From NCBI GenBank assembly GCA_046726415.1, contig JBKPAK010000256.1:1-12204 (forward strand): 12,204 bases of DNA, read 5' to 3'. The position numbers and the translations under genes were made by a program. This stretch comes from Candidatus Methylomirabilota bacterium. GTDB lineage: Bacteria; Methylomirabilota; Methylomirabilia; Rokubacteriales; CSP1-6. Of the stretch, positions 1-6,267 are shown one piece after another (position 1 is the stretch's first letter; each line of letters starts with the position of its first letter). The notes under the pieces were generated by a model that was given only the letters and a program-made list of their open reading frames with translations, was not told where the DNA came from and made no database searches.

Positions 1-34
1 TCCGGTCCAGCGCCCTCGAGGAGGCCCCCGGCGG

Positions 35-1543
35 CTAACCCACCGTCGTCGAGGTGGCGGGCTCCTTCCGCGCCGGCGCGGGAAGGTGCACATACAGATC
101 CGAGGGTTTCGGCTTCGCCGTCCCGAGGGTCCGGGGCGGCCTCATGGTGTAGGTCACCGGCCGGGCGTGGTCGGCGACCTGCCGCTTTGCGTTGTAGACG
201 CGGTTGAATTTCCAGATCGACTTCGCAAAGTTGGTATGCCCGCGCAGAAGCTGGCCGGCGATGATGCGGGCCGCCCCGCGCATCGCGGAGAAGCCGAGGT
301 GCTTCTGCCGCAGCACGCCCTGCGTCTTCACCAGTTCCGCGTAGAAGCGCTCGAGGGGCAGGCGCGTGGGCAGAACAGCGTGCTGGACGTCGAAGAGCCG
401 GTAGTCCAGCGACGAGAGCGCGCGGGACTCGGTCAGCCACGTCTCCGTCCCCGGATAGGGCGTGTTCACGGTCACGTGGACGATCTCGGGGATACTCAGC
501 GCCCACTCCCGGATGGTGGCGAAGCGCGTCTCGTCCCAGTCGGGATCGGCAATGATGTTCAGGGCCACCGTGAATCCCAGCTCGCGGGCCACCTCCAGAG
601 CTTTGAAGTTATCGCCCGGGGACACGCGCTTGCGGTGAAGCTTGAGACCCTGCTCGTCGATCGCCTCGAGGCCCAGGAACATGTAGTGGAGCCCGAGCTT
701 CCTCCAGTACGCGAAGACCTCGCGGTTCTTCAGCAGCACGTCGCAGCGCGTCTCGAGGTAGTACTCCTTCTTAATGCCTCGCCGCTCGATCTCGCGGCCG
801 ATGGCGTAGCCGTGCTCGGGCCGGATGAAGGCCACGTCGTCCACCAGGAACACGTTGGGCTCCCGGATCTGCGCCACATCCTCGGCCGCGGCCTCCGGCG
901 AAGCCTGGCGGTAACTGCGTCCGTAGAAGGTCCAGGCACTGCAAAAGGCGCAGTCCCAGGGACAGCCCCGGGTGAACTCCACGGAGGCGCAGGGATCGAG
1001 CACCCCGATGAAGTACTTCCGCCGACGGCGGGTGAGGTCGCGCGCGGGAAGATGCTGGTCGAGGGTGTGAAGCAAGGTGGGGTTGGGGCCGCTCCCCTCC
1101 AAGGTCACCACCCCCGGTAGTTTCTCCGCGCCGCCATCGCGCCACGTGTCGAGGAGCGGTGGGGTGACCACTTCCCCCTCGCCCCGCACGACGCAGTCGA
1201 TGGCGCCCCGCGCGTGCTCCAGGATCTCCGAGGCGATGAACGACGCGCTGTGGCCTCCCACGAAGACAAAACAGCCCGGCCGCCGGCGCTTGGTCTCCAC
1301 GGCCAGGTCGATGGCTTCCGGGACGTTGGCCAGGTAGTTCAACGAAAAGCCGATGGCCTCCGGCTCCCACCGTGAGACCTCCCCGAAGTACGTCTCGTGC
1401 GTGAAGATCTGGAGATCGAGGAGACGCACGTCGTGGCCGGCGGCCCGGACCGCCGCGGCCACCCGCTCGAGTCCGAGGGGCTCAAGCCGCAGATAGATCT
1501 CGGAGTACATGAGTGGGCTTGGGTGGACCAGAAGCACTCGCAT
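35..1543 (-). CDS. hpnR: B12-binding radical SAM methyltransferase, probable hopanoid C-3 methylase (502 aa)
   Basis: N-terminal cobalamin-binding domain (MRVLLVHPSPLMYSEIYLRLEPLGLE..., GGHSAS, VVRGEGE) followed by the radical SAM motif C194-PWD-C198-AF-C201 in RGCPWDCAFCSAWTFYGRSYR. The N-terminus, HPS..MYSEI.LRLEPLGLE, CSAWTFYGRSYR and FDVQHAVLPT match my recollection of the HpnR family. Confidence 0.85.
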   Translation of the reverse strand: MRVLLVHPSPLMYSEIYLRLEPLGLERVAAAVRAAGHDVRLLDLQIFTHETYFGEVSRWEPEAIGFSLNYLANVPEAIDLAVETKRRRPGCFVFVGGHSASFIASEILEHARGAIDCVVRGEGEVVTPPLLDTWRDGGAEKLPGVVTLEGSGPNPTLLHTLDQHLPARDLTRRRRKYFIGVLDPCASVEFTRGCPWDCAFCSAWTFYGRSYRQASPEAAAEDVAQIREPNVFLVDDVAFIRPEHGYAIGREIERRGIKKEYYLETRCDVLLKNREVFAYWRKLGLHYMFLGLEAIDEQGLKLHRKRVSPGDNFKALEVARELGFTVALNIIADPDWDETRFATIREWALSIPEIVHVTVNTPYPGTETWLTESRALSSLDYRLFDVQHAVLPTRLPLERFYAELVKTQGVLRQKHLGFSAMRGAARIIAGQLLRGHTNFAKSIWKFNRVYNAKRQVADHARPVTYTMRPPRTLGTAKPKPSDLYVHLPAPARKEPATSTTVG

Positions 1544-1549
1544 AGTCGG

Positions 1550-3466
1550 CTATTCTAGCCTCCGATCCTCAGCGACATAGTCGAATGATCCTTTGCGGAT
1601 ATTGACGAAGAACAGCTCAGGCAGGCTGAACGCGACCCCTCTGAGCCCCGCCCACAGCGTCCGGCCGCGGTCGAACGGCAGGGTGGCCAGGCCGGCCACG
1701 GTCGCCCCCAACCCCGTGACCAGGTTGGCCGCCCCAAAAAGCGGGCGCGCGACCACCACGTCATCGGTAAAGAACAGGAAGTACGAGTCATCGCGGGGTC
1801 GCTCGTAGAGGGTCGAGGTGAGCGTGTTTGACTCCTGCAGGAATACCCGCAGGGCGGAGTGCTGGCGGTAGAGGCGGGCCAAGCTGGCCCGGCGATGCGA
1901 CGGAATTTCGGCCGGTGGCGATGTCCTATAGGTCTTGATCACGGCCGCGGCAGAGACGGCGGGAATGAAGCGCAGCCCGTTCATCTCGAGGTGGCCGCCC
2001 AACCGGCGCTGGGACGCCTCGCGCAGAGCGCGCCCGGCGTCCGCCGCGTCGGGATGGGCGTTGGCGAGGGCGCGATCGATCTCGCGAAAGATCTCGGTGA
2101 CGCAGTTGCGCGTGAGCAGGTGGTATTCGTAGAGGCGCTGCAGCCGTTGGCCATAGTTGGCCTCTCGCGTGGTCACCACCTTGAGGTACTCATCCACGGC
2201 CTGGCCAGCGCGCGGGGGGACGATGAGGCGGCTTGCCGGCGCGCTCCGCGAGGGCGCCTGGCGGCCCGGCAGGAGACGAAGATCGCGGCCTTCGTGGCCG
2301 GCGCGCCAGGCCTCGCTGAGGCGATTGCCCGCCGCTTCCAGCTCGGCGAAGTCCAGCTCCGGAAAACCGCCGTCCGGGCCCGACGGCCTTACGATCCGGA
2401 CCCGGGCTCGCTCGAAGTCGGCGCGCGCCTCGCCGGTGAGCTCGGCCAGCAGGTCCGGCCGCCTGGCCAGACGCCCGCGATCGAGCCTCGGCGCATCGGC
2501 GGGGAACACATCGAGAAATACCCAGGAGCCCGATCGCCGAGTCTGCTCGAGGGCCTCCAATCGGGCCAGGCCCACCAGGAGGGCGCTGCCCCAGTCCGGA
2601 CGTGGCGACCGCACGAGTCGAACAAGGCTTGCCCGCAGGGCTTCCATCAGACCGTCCACGGCGCGCGCTTCACCATCGCGCAGGGCGACGTCGACGGAGG
2701 CCGCGAGCGTGGTGCTCCCGGGAAGGAGACCCCGGCCGTGGTGAATGACCTCCAGCGCCTGGCGCGCCGCCATGGCGTCCGTGTAGCGCTGGGCAAATCC
2801 ATAGACGGCGGGAGGAGCCCGGTCGATGGCGATATCGAGGGGAGGCGCGCCGCTCTCGCGAGGATCGAGCGCGTCGATCTGGCGATCGGCCTCCACCAGG
2901 CGATGGCTCAGAAACTCGGGGCCGTGAACCGCCGCGATGCGCTCGCGCAACGCTTCGAAGGCCCATGACGGCGCGCCGTCCGCAGGGGTGCCGGCGCCAT
3001 CGAAAAAGTATCCGGCGCCCTCCAGCCGCACGGGCGCTACGGGTTCCCCGCGCTGGAGCGCCTGAAACGTCTGGAGCAGCCGCCGATCGGCGGCCAGGGA
3101 GTCCAGCAGCTGGACCTGCTGGTGCTCGATGAGGCGGCGCCGGGTGAAGTGCTGGTGAACGAGGTCGAAGGTCTCCTCGCTGACGGGAATCTGGATCACC
3201 TGAATTGTCCGGTTCTCCAGCAGCGCGTAGTTTCGCCGGAAACCCGCGAAGTCTTCCCGACTGATGCCCAGGAGGCCAGAGTCCATGTACTGGAAGTGGA
3301 AGACCTGCTCGCCAAAGCGAATGGCCGCGTGCCCGCCGCTCGAGCCGGCCTCGTTGGCTTCGACGTAGAGATAGTCGATGGAGGGTGCGGCCGCCGCATG
3401 CGCGGCGGGCGCGACGGTCGCGACGAGCAGCCCTCCGGCGACGAGCCAGCGGCCCGTGGGCCGCAT
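1550..3466 (-). CDS. Exported hypothetical protein (638 aa), putative His-Cys papain-fold (DUF4105/Lnb-N-like) enzyme with large insertion and hydrophobic C-terminus
   Basis: Long ORF packed 1 nt after the upstream stop and 6 nt before hpnR. Sec-type signal peptide (MRPTGRWLVAGGLLVATVAPAAHA). Motifs SGGH46AAIRF, F..NY...ENRTIQVIQIPVS and YEYHLLTRNC455VTEIF. C-terminal Gly/hydrophobic segments. The CDS call is solid; the function is inferred. Confidence 0.8.
   Translation of the reverse strand: MRPTGRWLVAGGLLVATVAPAAHAAAAPSIDYLYVEANEAGSSGGHAAIRFGEQVFHFQYMDSGLLGISREDFAGFRRNYALLENRTIQVIQIPVSEETFDLVHQHFTRRRLIEHQQVQLLDSLAADRRLLQTFQALQRGEPVAPVRLEGAGYFFDGAGTPADGAPSWAFEALRERIAAVHGPEFLSHRLVEADRQIDALDPRESGAPPLDIAIDRAPPAVYGFAQRYTDAMAARQALEVIHHGRGLLPGSTTLAASVDVALRDGEARAVDGLMEALRASLVRLVRSPRPDWGSALLVGLARLEALEQTRRSGSWVFLDVFPADAPRLDRGRLARRPDLLAELTGEARADFERARVRIVRPSGPDGGFPELDFAELEAAGNRLSEAWRAGHEGRDLRLLPGRQAPSRSAPASRLIVPPRAGQAVDEYLKVVTTREANYGQRLQRLYEYHLLTRNCVTEIFREIDRALANAHPDAADAGRALREASQRRLGGHLEMNGLRFIPAVSAAAVIKTYRTSPPAEIPSHRRASLARLYRQHSALRVFLQESNTLTSTLYERPRDDSYFLFFTDDVVVARPLFGAANLVTGLGATVAGLATLPFDRGRTLWAGLRGVAFSLPELFFVNIRKGSFDYVAEDRRLE
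1552..1557 (-). promoter_or_regulatory. Putative -10 element (TAGAAT) for a leaderless hpnR transcript
   Basis: Minus strand reads GGC-TAGAAT-AGCCGACT-ATG: a 5/6 match to TATAAT 8 nt before the start codon. The nearest SD-like GGAGG is 15 nt from the ATG. No clear -35. Confidence 0.45.
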
Positions 3467-3467
3467 C

Positions 3468-3899
3468 CTACTTTTGCGCGTTGTACGCCTTCTGGATGGC
3501 GTTCATCTTCTGCGCGTCGCCATGGCCGAGGTTTTGCTTGTAGGCGTCGACCTGGACCTGGCTGACCTGGGCGCGTCCCAGGCCCTCCCCCACGCCTTCG
3601 TAGGTGACCAGGCTGTCCTCCCAGTTCGTGACGTCGTGCCGCATCGCCAGTTCGCCGATCCGCTTCTGGAAAGCGTCGAACTGGCCGCCCGACTTCGCGT
3701 ACGCCTGCGTGTAGTCGCGCACGTCGTCCCGGTAGGCCGTCTCCTTGCTTTCCGGTGACGAGGACCTCGAGGACCTCGAGCTGCTTTCCGACGAGCCCGC
3801 CGAGCTGTCGGAAGAGGCTGCGGAGGAGGCGGAGAACGAGCAGCCGCTCGCGCCGAGACCCACCACGATCAGGAGGACAAGTAAAGTGTTCATGGTCAT
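3468..3899 (-). CDS. Putative lipoprotein with Ser-rich tether (about 141-143 aa; start ATG at 3899 or 3893, not 3980)
   Basis: Hydrophobic stretch LLVLLIVVGLG then lipobox-like ASG-C (Cys codon 3842-3840). 18 of the next 28 residues are Ser, followed by a compact, probably helical domain (YRDDVRDYT...HDVTNWED...TYEGVGEGL). Stop TAG is followed by G-ATG of the next gene. Confidence 0.8.
   Translation of the reverse strand: MTMNTLLVLLIVVGLGASGCSFSASSAASSDSSAGSSESSSRSSRSSSPESKETAYRDDVRDYTQAYAKSGGQFDAFQKRIGELAMRHDVTNWEDSLVTYEGVGEGLGRAQVSQVQVDAYKQNLGHGDAQKMNAIQKAYNAQK
3759..3780. repeat. Short tandem repeat (CGAGGACCT) x about 2.4 encoding SRS-SRS-S in the lipoprotein tether
   Basis: cgaggacct cgaggacct cgag read directly; the 9-bp unit is in frame. 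Confidence 0.6.
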
Positions 3900-3962
3900 C
3901 CAGCATCCATCAAATGACGCGGTGCTGTCTATAGTCCCGTGGCCTACCGGGGGGCCGCTGAT

Positions 3963-3990
3963 TTGCGTTTCCCGTGCCATCCGCTACCAT
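3963..3990 (+). promoter_or_regulatory. Possible upstream sigma70 promoter (TTGCGT-N16-TACCAT)
   Basis: Partial matches to the -35/-10 consensus with 16-nt spacing in the divergent intergenic region. Confidence 0.3.
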
Positions 3991-4026
3991 GGGAATCCGC
4001 GAAGCGGGCGCCGCCTCCGCGCTGTG

Positions 4027-4055
4027 TTGCGGCATCGAAGCGTCCTCGGTATGCT
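4027..4055 (+). promoter_or_regulatory. Putative sigma70 promoter for tRNA-Leu/tig (TTGCGG-N17-TATGCT) with GC-rich discriminator
   Basis: TTGCGG 4027-4032, 17-nt spacer, TATGCT 4050-4055, then GCTGCCG. Lies 33 nt upstream of the tRNA. Confidence 0.55.
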
Positions 4056-4088
4056 GCTGCCGCGGGAGCGGCAGCCGCTCAATTTTGT

Positions 4089-4176
4089 GCGAGAGTGGCG
4101 AAACTGGCAGACGCGCTGGACTTAGGATCCAGTGGGCCCACAGCCCTTGGGGGTTCGACTCCCCCCTCTCGCACCA
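4089..4176 (+). tRNA. tRNA-Leu, anticodon TAG, CCA encoded
   Basis: Acceptor GCGAGAG/CTCTCGC, discriminator A, then CCA. D-arm GCG-AAACTGGCAGA-CGC. Anticodon stem CTGGA/TCCAG with loop CT-TAG-GA (4123-4125). Long variable arm GGGC/GCCC. T-arm GGGGG-TTCGACT-CCCCC. Confidence 0.98.
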
Positions 4177-4188
4177 TCTGGAGATGTG

Positions 4189-5472
4189 ATGCCGGAAGCG
4201 GCGATGAAGGTCGACGTCGAGTCTCTCGAGGCGTGCAAGCGCCGCCTGTCCGTCGAAGCTCCCCTGGACGTCGTGCAGCAGGCGTGGGAGCGCGCGTACA
4301 CCCGCGTGCAAAGGCAGGCGCGCCTGCCCGGGTTCCGCAAGGGCCACGTGCCGCGCTCGCTCGTGAAACTGCATTTCGCCGACGACGTGCGCCGCGACGT
4401 CGCCGAGCATCTGATTCCCGATCTCTATCGGCAGGCAGTGACCGAGGCCATGCTGGAGCCGGTCGACGAGCCCGATCTGACCGAGGTGCGCCTCGAGGAG
4501 GGAGTCCCCCTGAGCTTCAAGGCGGTGGTGGAGATTCGTCCGGCCATCACCCTGGATCAGTACAAAGGCCTCGACGTCCAGCATGTGCCCACGCCCGTCA
4601 GCGACGAGGACGTCGAGACGGCCCTCGAGCAGATGCGCGAGCATCACGCTGAGTTGCGCAGCGTGGAGCGCCCCGCAGCGCCCGGCGATGTGGTGATCGT
4701 GGATTACACCCTGACCCCCGATGGGCTGGCCCCGAACAGCGAGAGCGGCTACGCCTTCCAAATCGGTGACGGCGCGGTCCTGCCCGAGATCGATGAGGCG
4801 GTGGTGGGCATGCGGGCGGGCGAGGAGCGCGAGGTGGGCGTGCGCTTCTCCGCCGAGCATCGGCGCGCGGAGTTGCGCGACAAGGCTGGGCGGGCTGCCG
4901 TGAAGGTCGTGGAAGTCAAGGAGAAGGTCCGGCCGGTGTTCGACGATGATTTGGCCAAGCAGGTGGGCGAGTTCGAGACCTTGGAGGCGTTGCGAGCAGA
5001 GGTGCGCCGGCAGCTGGAAGAGCGCCGCGAGCGCGACGACAAGGTGGCCCTCGAGGGGAAAATCGTCGACGCCCTCCTCGTCCGCCACGAGTTCGCGGTG
5101 CCGGATGCGCTGGTGATGCGCCAGGTCCAGCATCAGGTCGACCACGCTCGGGCGCGGTTGCGCCGCCAGGGCATCGACCCCGATCAGGTTCCGTGGGACT
5201 ACGACAAGCTGGTGGCCGACCTGCGGCCGGGGGCGGAGCGGGCGGTGCGCCGCACCCTGCTGCTCGACGCGATCGCGAGTGCCGAGGGCGTGGTGACCGC
5301 GGAGACCGAGATCGACGCGGAGATCGAGAAACTGGCGGCGGCCAGCCGGCGGCCCGCCCCCGCGGTTCGGCGTATGATGGAGAAGGGCGGCGACCTGGAC
5401 AACCTGCGCGCCAGCCTCCGCGAGCAGCAGACGCTCGACCTCCTGATCCGTCACGCGACGGTTCACCCCTAA
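4189..5472 (+). CDS. tig: Trigger factor (start ATG 4189 after GGAG; alternative 4204)
   Basis: Ribosome-binding signature LPGFRKGHVP, central FKBP-like domain and helical C-terminal domain. Canonical tRNA-Leu-tig-clpP-clpX synteny. The ORF-track start at 4132 lies inside the tRNA. Confidence 0.96.
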   Translation: MPEAAMKVDVESLEACKRRLSVEAPLDVVQQAWERAYTRVQRQARLPGFRKGHVPRSLVKLHFADDVRRDVAEHLIPDLYRQAVTEAMLEPVDEPDLTEVRLEEGVPLSFKAVVEIRPAITLDQYKGLDVQHVPTPVSDEDVETALEQMREHHAELRSVERPAAPGDVVIVDYTLTPDGLAPNSESGYAFQIGDGAVLPEIDEAVVGMRAGEEREVGVRFSAEHRRAELRDKAGRAAVKVVEVKEKVRPVFDDDLAKQVGEFETLEALRAEVRRQLEERRERDDKVALEGKIVDALLVRHEFAVPDALVMRQVQHQVDHARARLRRQGIDPDQVPWDYDKLVADLRPGAERAVRRTLLLDAIASAEGVVTAETEIDAEIEKLAAASRRPAPAVRRMMEKGGDLDNLRASLREQQTLDLLIRHATVHP

Positions 5473-5604
5473 GGAAACCTCCCCGCGATGTCGATCTCAG
5501 CAGGCGTGCGGCGGAGGTCGAGCGCGGGGCCGGACATCGCGCGATGGTGGAGCGCGGTCCCCGCGGACCGAGGCGAGCACATGAGAAATGCAAGGAGACG
5601 TCCC

Positions 5605-6246
5605 ATGGCGTTGGTCCCGATGGTCGTCGAGCAAACCCCGCGCGGCGAGCGCGCGTTCGACATCTTTTCTCGACTCCTCAAGGAGCGAATCATCTTCCTT
5701 CCCACCTTCATCGAGGACGAGCTGGCGAACCTGGTGATCGCCCAGATGCTCTTCCTGGAGGCGGAGGATCCCGACAAGGACATCTACCTCTACATCAACT
5801 CGCCCGGCGGGTCGGTGACCGCGGGCATGGCCATCTACGACACCATGCAGTACGTGAAGCCCGGCATCTCCACCATCTGCATGGGTCAGGCCGCGTCGAT
5901 GGGCGCCCTGCTTCTCACCGCGGGCTCCAGAGGCAAGCGCTTCGCACTGCCCCACGCGCGGATCATGATCCATCAGCCGCTGGGCGGCGTGCAGGGGCAG
6001 GCCACCGACATCGACATCCAGGCCCGGGAGATCCTCCGCATGCGGGAGGAGCTGAACCGGATCCTGGTGCACCACACCGGCCAGTCCATGGACAAGATCC
6101 AGCGCGACACCGATCGGGACTTTTTCATGACCGCCGAGCAGGCCAGGGAATATAAAATCATCGACGAGGTCATTTCCTCGAAGCCAACCACCCGGCCCGT
6201 GACCGAAGCGGCGGCCCTGGCCGCGCAGTCGCAGGTGAAGTCGTAG
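5605..6246 (+). CDS. clpP: ATP-dependent Clp protease proteolytic subunit (213 aa)
   Basis: [41 protein letters not shown], catalytic Ser in GQAASMGA, His in IMIHQP, Asp in DRDFFM. SD AAGGAG at 5592-5597. Confidence 0.98.
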   Translation: MALVPMVVEQTPRGERAFDIFSRLLKERIIFLPTFIEDELANLVIAQMLFLEAEDPDKDIYLYINSPGGSVTAGMAIYDTMQYVKPGISTICMGQAASMGALLLTAGSRGKRFALPHARIMIHQPLGGVQGQATDIDIQAREILRMREELNRILVHHTGQSMDKIQRDTDRDFFMTAEQAREYKIIDEVISSKPTTRPVTEAAALAAQSQVKS

Positions 6247-6267
6247 GGGCGGGGGGAGCGGAGCAGC

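Noticed and set aside
3930-3936. TATAGT/GACTAT as the promoter of the minus-strand cassette
   Set aside because: Orientation is ambiguous and there is no supporting -35; not enough to call.
3900-3980. Longer lipoprotein start at 3980
   Set aside because: It would bury the signal peptide 27 residues inside and runs through the promoter region; ATG 3899/3893 gives a normal signal length.
4121-4127. tRNA with 'TAG' read as an amber suppressor or pyrrolysine tRNA
   Set aside because: TAG is the anticodon (reads CUA/CUG Leu); a suppressor would need CTA. The long variable arm and A discriminator fit Leu.
35-4176. Three-gene block as a genomic island integrated at tRNA-Leu
   Set aside because: It lies on the 5' side of the tRNA. 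I saw no integrase, no duplicated tRNA 3' end and no obvious compositional shift.
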